NCBI GenBank assembly: GCA_965206645.1
Contig: CBDBKE010000004.1
Coordinates: 2,156,642-2,220,641, forward strand
Source of the DNA: Terriglobia bacterium
GTDB lineage: Bacteria > Acidobacteriota > Terriglobia > JAJPHL01 > JAPKYU01
DNA: 64,000 nt
Direction of reading: 5' to 3'
Shown: positions 20,201 to 30,376 of the stretch, piece after piece
Layout of the letters: each line of letters opens with the position of its first letter
Numbering within the stretch: the first letter of the stretch is position 1
Program-made: the position numbers and the translations under genes
Notes under the pieces: generated by a model
What the model was told of the DNA's origin: nothing
Databases searched by the model: none
What the model saw: the letters and a program-made list of their open reading frames with translations, nothing else

Positions 20201-20246
20201 TTTCCCCTCGAGGGCACACAGCGGCAACTATAATCAAAGCAAGGTG

Positions 20247-20882
20247 ATGAAGTGCGTCCTGTGCAATCAGAGGAGCGGCAAACGGTACTGCCCGGGAGTC
20301 CGAGGATACATCTGCGGGCCCTGCTGCGGCACGGAGCGCGAAGTTTCCATCGAATGCCCCTTTGACTGCGTGTATCTGCAGGAAGCGCACCGCCGTGAGC
20401 TCGAGCGTGCCGAACCTCCAACCGAGGTGCCTTATGCCGGTCACGAAGTTCCCCGCGACTTCGTGCACGAAAAGGAGCCATTCATCGGCGGCTTGTCGCA
20501 CTCGTTGCTGCGCTACGCAATGAACAACCCAGGGATGGTGGACGCCGACGCGCAAGCCACGCTCGACGCGTTGGTCCGCACCTACGAGACGCTCTCCAGC
20601 GGCCTGGTCTATGAAACGCTGCCCGAAGGGTCGCTGCGGGTCAACTTGTACCGGGAGTTGCAGAAGTTTTTCGAGGACTGGAGGAAACAGGAGTCGCAAC
20701 GTGCCGGCATGGAGGTGATCCGCGACGGGGACGTGTTGCGCTCCCTGGTCTTCCTGGGACGGCTGGCGCTGGTCCACGACAACCGCCGGCCTCGCGGCAA
20801 GGCTTTCGTTTCCTTCCTCCGTCGCGTCTTTCCCGAGCCCACGACTCAGCAGTCCCAGCGCCTGATCATCCCGGGAGCCTGA
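20247..20882 (+). CDS. Hypothetical protein with Cys-rich N-terminal domain
   Basis: MKCVLC...RYCP...ICGPCCG..RE..IECPFDC.YL; TATAAT about 12 nt upstream of the ATG. Confidence 0.7.
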   Translation: MKCVLCNQRSGKRYCPGVRGYICGPCCGTEREVSIECPFDCVYLQEAHRRELERAEPPTEVPYAGHEVPRDFVHEKEPFIGGLSHSLLRYAMNNPGMVDADAQATLDALVRTYETLSSGLVYETLPEGSLRVNLYRELQKFFEDWRKQESQRAGMEVIRDGDVLRSLVFLGRLALVHDNRRPRGKAFVSFLRRVFPEPTTQQSQRLIIPGA

Positions 20883-20927
20883 GCGGTCGCTGCCTGCGGA
20901 ACTCGGCGGTTCCCCGCCTGCGCCAGC

Positions 20928-21776
20928 TCACCTCCGGGCGCGCGGGTAGCTGCCCAATACGCGCAGGAACTGGGTGAGTTCGGCCAGGTGACGCAGGGCG
21001 TTGCGGCAGCGCGGTTGTTTTGGTTGACCCAGAAAATCCAGGTAGAAGAAGTATTCCCAGGGGCGACCACGCACCGGGCGCGACTCGATCTTGTTCAGGT
21101 TGATGTCGCGCAGGGAAAACGCGCCCAGACACTTGAACAGGGCGCCGGAGACGTTCTGAGTAGCAAAGACAATGGAAGTCTTGTCGGGCGAGCCCAGGCG
21201 GCGCAGCCCGGGCAGAGCCCGCCCGCGGCGCGCCAGCAAGAAGAAGCGCGTGTAATTTTCCTTGTCATCTTCAATGCTCCGCCGCAGGATGCGCGCGCCG
21301 TAGATGGAGGAGGAGGCGGCGCTGGCAATGGCGGCCGCGTCCGGCTCCCGCTGCTCCATGATCATCTTGACGCTGCCGGCGGTGTCGTAAAACGGGACTG
21401 ACTGGAGCTTTCGGTGGCGGCGGAAAAGGCTGCGGCATTGGCCAAGTGCCACCGGGTGCGAGAACACCCGGCGCACCTTCCCAAATTGCACCCCCGGCGG
21501 GGCAATCAGGTTGTGCACAATGCGCACCTGGGTCTCACCGACAATGGGGAGGCGGTACTGTAGCAACAAATCGTAGATTTCGTGCACCGAGCCCGCCAGA
21601 GTGTTCTCGATCGGCAGGAGGCCGCAGTCCACTTGGCCGCGCGCCAGGCGCCGGAACGCTTCTTCAAAGCTGGCCGAGGGCACCAGTTCGATCCGCTGGC
21701 CCAGCAGTTTTCGGGCAGCTTCCTCGCTGAAGGCGCCTCGTTCTCCCTGAATGGCCACCCGCATGGCGCGCATCAT
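20928..21776 (-). CDS. pheA: Prephenate dehydratase
   Basis: VAIQGERGAFS, PIENTLAGSV, SHPVAL.QC, NYTRF, and an ACT domain with KIESRP. Confidence 0.95.
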   Translation of the reverse strand: MMRAMRVAIQGERGAFSEEAARKLLGQRIELVPSASFEEAFRRLARGQVDCGLLPIENTLAGSVHEIYDLLLQYRLPIVGETQVRIVHNLIAPPGVQFGKVRRVFSHPVALGQCRSLFRRHRKLQSVPFYDTAGSVKMIMEQREPDAAAIASAASSSIYGARILRRSIEDDKENYTRFFLLARRGRALPGLRRLGSPDKTSIVFATQNVSGALFKCLGAFSLRDINLNKIESRPVRGRPWEYFFYLDFLGQPKQPRCRNALRHLAELTQFLRVLGSYPRARR

Positions 21777-22480
21777 ATACCATCCATGGCATCATCCGTG
21801 GGGCTACCCGTGGGACCATCGGTCGCGCGCAGGCGGCGCTTCATCCGCGGACCCAGGTAGAAGCCGGCCCACAGGTCAATCGCAAAATGCGCCCCAATGG
21901 CCGGCCACAGGCTTCCTGTGACGGCGAAGCCCCCCAGCAGCAGCGCGCCCAGCACCGTGGCGCGGAACACGCCATACCAACCTTGGTAGAGGTGGGTCAG
22001 TGCGAACGCCAGCGTGGCCAGTCCTGCGGCACTCCAGGCGGGCAACCATACTGCTGCCCGCCCGTAGGCAAAGCCGCGGTAGAGCACCTCTTCGCAGAAG
22101 CCCGCGGTCAGCGCCAGACCAACGAAGGCTACCTTCTCCGCAGCCGATTCCGGGATTAACCACAGCACCAGCGGGTCTTCCCGTCCCGGCGCGCGCGCCA
22201 ACAGGCGCGCCACTGCGGCCACCGCCGCCAGTGCCAGTAAGGTAGCCAGCGCCGCCCCTTCGATACCCCAGTGCCCGGCAGTGCCCAAGCCCAGTATAAA
22301 ACCTTCCCGGTGCGATGCCCACAGGACCAGCACTGTCGCGCCCCACTGGATGACTATGCTTTGACCGTAGAGCCAGAGGCGCGGCCAATCCAATAGCTCC
22401 AGACGATGCTGGTGCAGGCGGATGGCCATCAGCGGAAAACCAGCGTAAACCAACAGCAGCAACGCCACAGCTGGCAGCAC
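21773..22480 (-). CDS. CPBP (Abi/CAAX) family intramembrane metalloprotease
   Basis: EEVLYRG, FALTHLYQG and H...D motifs; hydrophobic. The start codon is uncertain. Confidence 0.82.
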   Translation of the reverse strand: MLPAVALLLLVYAGFPLMAIRLHQHRLELLDWPRLWLYGQSIVIQWGATVLVLWASHREGFILGLGTAGHWGIEGAALATLLALAAVAAVARLLARAPGREDPLVLWLIPESAAEKVAFVGLALTAGFCEEVLYRGFAYGRAAVWLPAWSAAGLATLAFALTHLYQGWYGVFRATVLGALLLGGFAVTGSLWPAIGAHFAIDLWAGFYLGPRMKRRLRATDGPTGSPTDDAMDGI

Positions 22481-22581
22481 GCTTGTCAGCTTAGCAGGGA
22501 TTTTTACTCTCGGGCGTCGGGGCTCGGTGGTGGGCTGGAGCGAGAGAGCGGCAACGCAGCCGGGGGCGCTATACTCGTGCG

Positions 22582-23244
22582 GTGAAAATACTAGAGGAAA
22601 TTGTCCCGGGACCGGCAGGCGACCTGGAAGGGTTGCTAACAGTGCCCGAGCAGGCGGCGGCGAGCCAGCCGTTGTGGGTAGCGGTTGTCTGCCACCCGCA
22701 CCCGCTCTACGGAGGCACCCTGCACAACAAGGTAGTGTTCCACCTGACGCGGTCACTCGCTGGGCTGGGCTGGCCGGTGCTGCGCTTCAATTACCGAGGC
22801 GTGGGCCGCAGTGCCGGGAAATTGGAGGAGGAGGCAGGCGCCGCGGCCCTTCTCCAGGCCGCAAGCGGGGATTTGCAGGCTGCGCTGGACTGGCTGCTCG
22901 CTCGCTTTCCCGGAGCACAGCTCTGCGGCGCCGGATTTTCCTTCGGCGCGAAAGCGGTGCTCCAGGTGGCGCAATCAGACGCGCGCCTGGCTCGGCTGCT
23001 GGTCGTCGGGACACCGGTGGCAATGGGTGGCGACCTCGACCTGTTTCCCCTCGTTGCCCGCCTAACCCAGCCCAAGCTGTTCATCCAGGGCGAGGCCGAC
23101 CCCTACGGTCCACCTGAGCTGATTCGCCGGCTGTTCGAAGCAGCCGCCAACCCCAAGCGTCTGGTCATGATCCCTGGGGCGGGACACTTCTTCGAAGACC
23201 ACCTGAACGAATTGCGCGCGGCAGCCGCTTCGGTCGCCGACTGA
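22582..23244 (+). CDS. Alpha/beta superfamily hydrolase (COG2945-like)
   Basis: CHPHPLYGGT..NKVV, RFNYRGVGRS, GFSFG nucleophile elbow and GAGHFF. Confidence 0.9.
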   Translation: MKILEEIVPGPAGDLEGLLTVPEQAAASQPLWVAVVCHPHPLYGGTLHNKVVFHLTRSLAGLGWPVLRFNYRGVGRSAGKLEEEAGAAALLQAASGDLQAALDWLLARFPGAQLCGAGFSFGAKAVLQVAQSDARLARLLVVGTPVAMGGDLDLFPLVARLTQPKLFIQGEADPYGPPELIRRLFEAAANPKRLVMIPGAGHFFEDHLNELRAAAASVAD

Positions 23245-23258
23245 CGGTCCGCGCGGCT

Positions 23259-23672
23259 TCATTCCAGTTCCAGGCGGGTGATTTCCAGGTCGGGTGACAC
23301 CCGGTTCCAGGTATCGGGAATCTCTTCAAAACCCATGCGAAACTGGCGTGACTCGCCGGGACCCAGCGGCACATGCCCGGGGCTGATCACCCTAGTGCGC
23401 TCGCGCAACACCACATGGCTGAGGTCATCGCGGAAGCTTACGTTCACTTCCAGCAGCGTGATGGTCCGATCACCGCCGTTGCTCACCTCCCCCGCCACGT
23501 AATACACGGTTTGCCCGACCATGTTCTCCCGAGCGCTCAAGCGGAAGTTCGAGAACGAGATTCGGGTGGCGTAATTCGCAATGTCGCGCGGGGAAAGCTC
23601 CGGACTAGGACGGCAGCCCCAAAAAAGAAATGCCGCCAAACAGAGTAAAAGCAATAAGGAGGTTCTGCTCAT
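23259..23672 (-). CDS. Putative lipoprotein (DUF2393/FxLYD-like Ig-fold domain)
   Basis: Lipobox-like LFWGC; G.V.NGGDRTI...V.V.F.D and PLGPGESRQFR..FE.IP..WN. Confidence 0.6.
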   Translation of the reverse strand: MSRTSLLLLLCLAAFLFWGCRPSPELSPRDIANYATRISFSNFRLSARENMVGQTVYYVAGEVSNGGDRTITLLEVNVSFRDDLSHVVLRERTRVISPGHVPLGPGESRQFRMGFEEIPDTWNRVSPDLEITRLELE

Positions 23673-23809
23673 CGGGGTGAAATTAATTCCCGCTGGAACA
23701 GAGAGGCACACCTACAAAGAGAATAATCCGCAAATTTCGCGGATTTCACAGAAAGCTCGGGGCAGTCTGCAGAATCTGTGGATTCCTTCCGTTACTGCTC
23801 ACTTTAGCT

Positions 23810-25159
23810 TCAGAGCCCGGCGACGGTCATCTCGGCAATCTTGATGGTGGGAGCCGCCACCGCGCCGCGAAATTCCAGGTCGTTGCCCACCATCTCCACG
23901 CTGCGCAGCATATCGAGGAGGTTGCCCGCGATGGTGACTTCCTCCACCGGATAAGCCAGCTCCCCGTCTTCAATCCACATCCCTGCAGCGCCTCGGGAAT
24001 AGTCGCCGGTCACCAGGTTCACTCCGAAGCCGATGCATTCGGTCACGTAGAAGCCGCGCGTCACCGACCGAAGAATCTCTTCAGGAGAATTTTCTCCAGC
24101 CAGCAGATAGAAGTTACCTGGGCTGATGCCAGGATTACCTGCCAGCCCGCGCGCGGCGTTGCCAGTGGTAGGCATGCCGAGCTTCCGTCCGGCGTAGCAA
24201 TTCAGCAGGAAATTGCGGAGCACGCCCTGCTCAACCATTGGAGTGCGCCGGGTGGGCACTCCCTCGTCATCGAAGGGCGAGGTGCCAAAGCCCCTCGGCA
24301 TGGTGCCGTCGTCCACTAGGTTGACCAGCGGAGAAGCCACCAGCTCGCCCAGCCGCCCCGCCAGGAAGCTGGCTTCGCGATAGACAGCTTCACCATTGAG
24401 CGCTTCGCCCAGGTTCCCCAGCAGGCCCTTGGCCGTGCGCGGCTCAAACACCACTGGCACGCGGCAGGTATCCACCTTGCGGGCTCCCAGGCGTCGGACG
24501 GTACGCTCGGCGGCGATGCGGCCCACCTGTTCCGGATTCTCCAAGCCGGCCAGATTGCGGGAGATCGCATACCAGTAGCCACACTGCATGGCCCCTCCGT
24601 TGGAAACGGCGATGGGCACAGCGCTCAGCAGGCAGTAGGAGCGGTTGTATTCGCCCAAAAAGCCGCTGGAATTGGCCAGGATCTGGCGGCCGCTGACGGC
24701 GTCAAACGAGGCCCCCTCAGAGTTCTGGATGCGCGGGTCATAAGCCAACGCGACGCGCTCGGCCGTACGAGCCAGCTCAATCCGCGCCGGCACCGGCAGG
24801 GCATCCATGTCGTCAAAGCAGAGTTCGAGGTCGCCGCTGAGCTGCCCCAGCAGTTCCGGCTCGGGCAGCCGATGCAGCGCATCCTCGGACGTGAAGTGCG
24901 CCATGGCCAGGGCGTCGCGGACAGCGCGCTCTACTCCTTCGCGGGAAAAGTCCGAGGTGTAGCAACTGGCGGCGCGTTGCTCCACCAGTACGCGCACGCC
25001 CAGGGCCTTCGACGCCGCCTCCTTCACCGCCTCCACTTCGCCCAGGCGCACCGTGGTGGAAAACTCGCGGCCGTCGCGGATGATGCACTCGGCAGCGGAG
25101 GCGCCGCCGCGACGGGCACGCTCGACGACGTCGGCAGCCAGGTTTTTCAGCTGGTCCAT
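23810..25159 (-). CDS. pmbA: TldE/PmbA family protein
   Basis: PFDDEG, GVNLVTGDYSRGAAG and EVTIAGNL; directly downstream of tldD. Confidence 0.92.
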   Translation of the reverse strand: MDQLKNLAADVVERARRGGASAAECIIRDGREFSTTVRLGEVEAVKEAASKALGVRVLVEQRAASCYTSDFSREGVERAVRDALAMAHFTSEDALHRLPEPELLGQLSGDLELCFDDMDALPVPARIELARTAERVALAYDPRIQNSEGASFDAVSGRQILANSSGFLGEYNRSYCLLSAVPIAVSNGGAMQCGYWYAISRNLAGLENPEQVGRIAAERTVRRLGARKVDTCRVPVVFEPRTAKGLLGNLGEALNGEAVYREASFLAGRLGELVASPLVNLVDDGTMPRGFGTSPFDDEGVPTRRTPMVEQGVLRNFLLNCYAGRKLGMPTTGNAARGLAGNPGISPGNFYLLAGENSPEEILRSVTRGFYVTECIGFGVNLVTGDYSRGAAGMWIEDGELAYPVEEVTIAGNLLDMLRSVEMVGNDLEFRGAVAAPTIKIAEMTVAGL

Positions 25160-25161
25160 GT

Positions 25162-26637
25162 TCAAAGCAGGGTTGATGGGGGCGTTGACTGCGCCCTTCG
25201 CGGGCCAGTGCCGCCTACTGTCAGACGGTCCACTCGAAGGGTGGGCAGGCCCACGCCCACCGGCACCGACTGCCCGTCCTTGCCACAGGTGCCGATGCCT
25301 TCGTCCAATTGCAGATCGCCGCCAACCATTGAGACCTGCGTCAACACCTCCGGGCCGCTACCGATCAGTGTGGCGTTGCGCACCGGGCGGGTGATGGCGC
25401 CGTTTTCGATCAGGTACGCTTCCGAGGCGGAGAAGACGAACTTGCCGCTGGTGATGTCCACCTGCCCGCCGCCAAAGCTGACGGCGTACAGGCCCCGGTC
25501 CACGGAGCGGATGATTTCCTGCGGGTCGCTCTCCCCGGCCAGCATGTAGGTGTTGGTCATGCGGGGCATGGGCATGTGCTCATAGCTTTCGCGGCGGCCG
25601 TTGCCGGTGAGCGGTGCGCGCAGCAACTGCGCGTTCAGCTTGTCCTGCAGGTAGCCCTTCAGCACTCCCTTTTCGATCAGTACCGTGCAATTGGTCGGCG
25701 TACCCTCGTCGTCCATGTTCAATGAGCCCCGGCGGGCAGGGATGGTCCCGTCGTCCACCACCGTACACAGCTCGCTGGCCACTCGCTGGCCGAGACGCCC
25801 GCTGAAGGCGGAAGTTTTCTTGCGGTTGAAGTCCGCCTCCAGGCCGTGGCCCACCGCTTCATGCAGCAGGATGCCCGGCCAGCCCGGACCGAGCACCACC
25901 GCCATCTCGCCGGCGGGGGCGTCGGTGGCTTCCAGTTGCACAACAGCCTGGCGCGCTGCTTCGGTGGCGAAGTGCTCGGGGGTTTTCTCTCGCTCGAAGA
26001 ATTCCAGCTCGACTCGGCCGCCGCCGCCGCTTGTGCCGCGCTGAGTGATCTGGCCCTGTCGGGCCAGGCAGACCAAGCTGAGGCGGGCCAGGGGTTGGAA
26101 GTCGCCCACCAGCCGCCCGTCGGAGCCGGCCACCATCACGTAGCGGACCTCGTCGGCATAGCCGACGCGCACCTGGAAGATGCGGTGGTCGTGGCGACGG
26201 GCGGCCCGGTCGGCGCGGAACACCAGTTCCATCTTGCGCGCCAGCTCCACGTCGGTGGGCGCGGTGAGAACCGGGTACAGGTTGCGCTCCACGGTAGCAC
26301 CCGCCAGCCCCACCGTGCTCACACGGGCCGGGCCGCTGGCGATTTGGGCGGCGATGCGCGCCGCCTGCAGGATTTTCTCCGCGGCCAGATCGTCGGTGTA
26401 GGCGTAGCCGGTCTTCTCGCCCGAAATGACCCGCACGCCGCAGCCCACCGACACTCCCTGTGTCGCTCCCTTCACGATGGATTCATCCAGACTGATGGAA
26501 GTGGTGGCCTGGTACTCGAAATACAGGTCGGCGTAGTCACCGCCGGCCGACAGCGCTTCCCCGAGATAGCGCTCCAGATCGCGCTCGGTCACGCCGTACC
26601 GTTCGTCGAAGAACTTGTGTTCGGGCTTGGTCGTCAT
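25162..26637 (-). CDS. tldD: Metalloprotease TldD
   Basis: GWPGILLHEAVGHGLEADF, PMPRMTNTYM and GTCGKDGQ; true start MTTKPEH at 26637. Confidence 0.95.
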   Translation of the reverse strand: MTTKPEHKFFDERYGVTERDLERYLGEALSAGGDYADLYFEYQATTSISLDESIVKGATQGVSVGCGVRVISGEKTGYAYTDDLAAEKILQAARIAAQIASGPARVSTVGLAGATVERNLYPVLTAPTDVELARKMELVFRADRAARRHDHRIFQVRVGYADEVRYVMVAGSDGRLVGDFQPLARLSLVCLARQGQITQRGTSGGGGRVELEFFEREKTPEHFATEAARQAVVQLEATDAPAGEMAVVLGPGWPGILLHEAVGHGLEADFNRKKTSAFSGRLGQRVASELCTVVDDGTIPARRGSLNMDDEGTPTNCTVLIEKGVLKGYLQDKLNAQLLRAPLTGNGRRESYEHMPMPRMTNTYMLAGESDPQEIIRSVDRGLYAVSFGGGQVDITSGKFVFSASEAYLIENGAITRPVRNATLIGSGPEVLTQVSMVGGDLQLDEGIGTCGKDGQSVPVGVGLPTLRVDRLTVGGTGPRRAQSTPPSTLL

Positions 26638-26702
26638 CGTCGTTCCTATTCTATTCCAGGAACGCCTGCCAGGGTATACACCTGCACCCCAGTCTACCAG
26701 GA

Positions 26703-26771
26703 ACCGCTCCTTGAAGGTCGCGGCTAGGTCCGGCGTGCGAACCGGCAGAGCTGCGCGCGTCAGCAAGCGGT
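26703..26771. repeat. REP-like inverted doublet, family B
   Basis: ACCGCTCCTTGAAGGTCGCGGCT...AGCTGCGCGCGTCAGCAAGCGGT form imperfect inverted arms; related copy at 50089-50154. Confidence 0.6.
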
Positions 26772-26862
26772 CGGCTTGTGCTGGTGGGCGCCGCTCGCCG
26801 CGGATCGCAGATCCCGGCCCTACCCGCTTCGCAACTTTGCGGCATGCTATATTTAGTTGTTT

Positions 26863-29493
26863 ATGCGGCAGGAGTTGGCCAAAACTTACGATCCGCACGC
26901 GATTGAGGAGCGGTGGGGCGACTGGTGGGTCGGGCGCAACCTGTTCCGCGCTGACCCGGCCAGCCAAAGGCCCATGTTCTCGCTGGTGATCCCGCCGCCC
27001 AACGTGACCGGCTCGCTCCACATGGGTCACATGCTGGAGCACACCGAGATTGACATCCTGATCCGCTGGAAGCGCATGAACGGCTTCAACACGCTCTGGC
27101 TGCCGGGCACCGACCACGCCGGCATTGCCACCCAGGTGATGGTGGAGCGGCGACTGGCCGAGGAGGGCCTGGACCGCAAGCAGCTGGGCCGAGAGGAATT
27201 CGAGCGCCGAGTGTGGCAGTGGAAGGAAGAGCACGGCGACACCATCAACCGCCAGATGCGCCGCCTGGGGGCGTCCTGCGACTGGTCGCGCGAGCGCTTC
27301 ACCCTGGACCCAGGGTTGTCGCGGGCCGTGCGGGAAGTTTTCGTGCGGCTCTACGAAAAGAAGCTGATCTACCGCAACCGCTACACGATCAACTGGTGCC
27401 CGCGCTGCCAGACGGCGCTGTCCGACCTGGAGGTCATTCACGACGAGCAGCGCGGCAGCCTGTGGCACATCCGCTATCCGGTCCTGGGCACCGAAGAGCA
27501 CGTGGTGGTGGCCACCACGCGTCCCGAGACCATGCTGGGCGACACCGCTGTCGCCGTGCATCCCGACGACGCGCGCTACCGGAAGTTCTACGGCAAGACC
27601 ATCTTGCTGCCGCTGATGGAGCGAGAAATTCCGCTGATCACCGACACCTTCGCCAACCCGGAGTTCGGCTCGGGAGCCGTCAAGGTGACCCCGGCGCACG
27701 ATCCCAACGACTTCGAGGTCGGCCAGCGGCACCGCCTGGCAGAGGTGGAGGTGATCGACGAGCAGGGCCGAATGAACCACAACGCCGGGCGCTACGCCGG
27801 CGTGGACCGAATGGAAGCTCGTCACCGCGTCGTGGCGGACCTGGAGGGGCTGGGGCTGCTCGAAAAGGTGGAACCTTACACGGTGCCCCTGGGCAAATGC
27901 CAGCGCTGCCGCACGGTCCTGGAGCCACGCGTCTCCCTGCAGTGGTTCGTCCGCGTCGGCCCGCTGGCCGGGCCGGCCATCGAGGCCGTTCGCGATGGAC
28001 GCATTCGCATCGTTCCCGACTACTACGCCCGGGATTACTTCAACTGGATGGAGAACCTCCACGACTGGTGCATCTCGCGCCAGCTCTGGTGGGGCCACCG
28101 CATCCCGGCGTGGTACTGCCACGCCTGCGGCCAAACCCTGGTTAGCCGTGAGGACCCGCGTGGTTGCCCATGCGGCAGCCACGACCTGGAACAGGACCCC
28201 GACGTCCTGGACACCTGGTTCAGCTCCGCCCTGTGGCCCTTCTCCACTATGGGCTGGCCAGAGGAGACCGAGGACCTGCGCGTCTTCCATCCCACTTCTC
28301 TGCTCATCACCGGCTTCGACATCCTGTTCTTCTGGGTGGCGCGGATGATCATGATGGGCCTGGAATTCGCCGGCGACGTCCCCTTCCGCGAGGTGTACAT
28401 CCATGCCCTGATCCGCGACGCCGAGCGCCAGAAGATGTCCAAGACGCGGGGCAACGTGGTGGACCCGCTGGAGGTCACCGAGCGCTACGGGACCGACGCG
28501 GTGCGCTTTACGCTGGCAATCATGGCCGCCCCGGGCACCGACATTGCGCTTTCCGAAGACCGCATCCGCAGCTACCGGGCCTTTGCCAACAAGATCTGGA
28601 ACGCGGCCCGCTTCATTTCTCTGAAAGGCGTGCCCTACACCGGCGCGGCTCCGGTGATCTCTTCATTGGAAGACCGCTGGATGTTCTCGCGGCTGGACCA
28701 CGTGGCCGGCGACGTGGATGCTGCGCTTTCCGCTTACCGCTTCCACGAGGCCGCCCACCTGCTCTACCACTTCTTCTGGCACGAGTTCTGCGACTGGTAC
28801 ATCGAGCTGAAGAAGCTGGATACCTCGGAGCAGTCCTCGAAGGAATCCTGGCAGAACCTGCTGTGGGTGTTCGAGCACGCATTGCGGCTGCTGCATCCGT
28901 TCATGCCCTTCATCACTGAGGAGCTGTGGCAGCAACTGACCCGAGCAGGGCAGCCCCCCGCCGATTCCATCGCCCTTCAACCCTTTCCGCGCCCGGAGGG
29001 GGTCTGGCGCGACGAGGACGCAGAGCGTCTGATGCGTGCGTTGCAGGAAGCCATGGTGAGCATCCGCAATATCCGCGCCGAGCTGAAAATCGAGCCAAAG
29101 CGGCGGGTCCCAGCTGAAGTCTATTTCCCGGATACGGGCCTGCGGGTGCTGGCAGAGGAGGCCCGTCCCGCGTTTGAAAGCCTGGCCCGTGTCTCGCGGC
29201 TGACGCTGCTGGAACAGCCGCCTCCCAAGCAGGGAGGCGTGCTGCGCCATAGCCCCGAGTTTGACCTGCGCGTCCCGCTGGCCGACGCCGTGGATCAGGA
29301 CGCCGAGCGCCGTCGCCTGGAAAAGGAACGTGAGCAGCTCCGGCGGCAGCACGAATCGCTCCACCGGCAACTGGAAAACCCCGGCTTCCGACAGCGAGCC
29401 CCGCAGCAGGTGGTCGCCGGCGCCGAACAGCGACTAAAAGAGAACCTCCTGCAGCAGAAGAAGATCGAAGATACGCTTGCCAGCCTGGCCTGA
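26863..29493 (+). CDS. valS: Valine--tRNA ligase
   Basis: PPPNVTGSLHMGH, DWCISRQLWWGH, KMSKT and a C-terminal coiled coil. Confidence 0.98.
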   Translation: MRQELAKTYDPHAIEERWGDWWVGRNLFRADPASQRPMFSLVIPPPNVTGSLHMGHMLEHTEIDILIRWKRMNGFNTLWLPGTDHAGIATQVMVERRLAEEGLDRKQLGREEFERRVWQWKEEHGDTINRQMRRLGASCDWSRERFTLDPGLSRAVREVFVRLYEKKLIYRNRYTINWCPRCQTALSDLEVIHDEQRGSLWHIRYPVLGTEEHVVVATTRPETMLGDTAVAVHPDDARYRKFYGKTILLPLMEREIPLITDTFANPEFGSGAVKVTPAHDPNDFEVGQRHRLAEVEVIDEQGRMNHNAGRYAGVDRMEARHRVVADLEGLGLLEKVEPYTVPLGKCQRCRTVLEPRVSLQWFVRVGPLAGPAIEAVRDGRIRIVPDYYARDYFNWMENLHDWCISRQLWWGHRIPAWYCHACGQTLVSREDPRGCPCGSHDLEQDPDVLDTWFSSALWPFSTMGWPEETEDLRVFHPTSLLITGFDILFFWVARMIMMGLEFAGDVPFREVYIHALIRDAERQKMSKTRGNVVDPLEVTERYGTDAVRFTLAIMAAPGTDIALSEDRIRSYRAFANKIWNAARFISLKGVPYTGAAPVISSLEDRWMFSRLDHVAGDVDAALSAYRFHEAAHLLYHFFWHEFCDWYIELKKLDTSEQSSKESWQNLLWVFEHALRLLHPFMPFITEELWQQLTRAGQPPADSIALQPFPRPEGVWRDEDAERLMRALQEAMVSIRNIRAELKIEPKRRVPAEVYFPDTGLRVLAEEARPAFESLARVSRLTLLEQPPPKQGGVLRHSPEFDLRVPLADAVDQDAERRRLEKEREQLRRQHESLHRQLENPGFRQRAPQQVVAGAEQRLKENLLQQKKIEDTLASLA

Positions 29494-30376
29494 GCGCGAC
29501 GTTCGGGAGCTGATTGCCCGCGCCCTGGAAGAAGACCTGGGGGCCGGCGACATGACCACCGCCGCCTGCGTTCCCGCCGATGCCTGGGCCCGTGGGCGCT
29601 TCCTGGCCCGACAGGAATTGGTTCTGGCCGGCATCGAGCTGCTGCCGCTGGTCTACGAGCAGGAGCTGGAGACGTGCCAGGCGAGCGGCACCCGCATCGC
29701 TGCCGGGGAAGTGATTGCCAGCATTGCCGGGCCGGCCCATCGGCTACTGGAGCGGGAGCGGGTGGCCCTGAACTTCCTACAGCACCTGAGCGGCATCGCC
29801 ACCTACACCCGCCGGTTCGTGGACAGCGTGGTAGGGACCGGGGCTACAATTCGAGATACGCGGAAGACGACTCCGGGACTGCGGCACCTGGAGAAACGGG
29901 CGGTCCTCGCCGGAGGCGGGTGCAACCATCGCGCAGGCCTCTACGACGCCGTGCTGATCAAGGAGAACCACATCGCGGCTGCGGGCGGAGTTCGCGCCGC
30001 AGTGGAGGCGATGCGGCACGTCTCCCAAAGTGTCGAAGTGGAAGTGCGGAACCGCGAGGAACTGGAGCAGGCGCTGGAGGCTGGCGCCGACTGTGTCCTG
30101 CTGGACAACATGACGCCCGAGCTGGTGCGTGACAGCAGCACGCTGGTGAAGCATAAGACCGTCGGAACCGAGGACAGGACAGCAGACCTGCCTCCGCGGC
30201 GGGTGCGGGTGGAAATTTCTGGCGGAGTGACGCTGGCCAACGTGCGCGACTACGCGCTGGCCGGCCCCGACTACATTGCCGTCGGCGCGCTGACCCACTC
30301 GGCTCCGGCCGTCGACATCACCTTCCTGCTGGAATCCCCGCTGGAGTCTCTGCTGGAGTCAGGCAGCCGTGGATAA
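29477..30376 (+). CDS. nadC: Nicotinate-nucleotide diphosphorylase (carboxylating)
   Basis: ALEEDLG.GD.T, DTRKTTPG, LIKENH, LLDNM and GALTHSA. Confidence 0.95.
   Translation: MPAWPERDVRELIARALEEDLGAGDMTTAACVPADAWARGRFLARQELVLAGIELLPLVYEQELETCQASGTRIAAGEVIASIAGPAHRLLERERVALNFLQHLSGIATYTRRFVDSVVGTGATIRDTRKTTPGLRHLEKRAVLAGGGCNHRAGLYDAVLIKENHIAAAGGVRAAVEAMRHVSQSVEVEVRNREELEQALEAGADCVLLDNMTPELVRDSSTLVKHKTVGTEDRTADLPPRRVRVEISGGVTLANVRDYALAGPDYIAVGALTHSAPAVDITFLLESPLESLLESGSRG

Noticed and set aside
25162-28404. 1080-aa minus-strand ORF suggesting a giant TldD fusion
   Set aside because: The first ~590 aa are the stop-free antisense shadow of valS plus intergenic DNA. Recognisable TldD starts at 26637.
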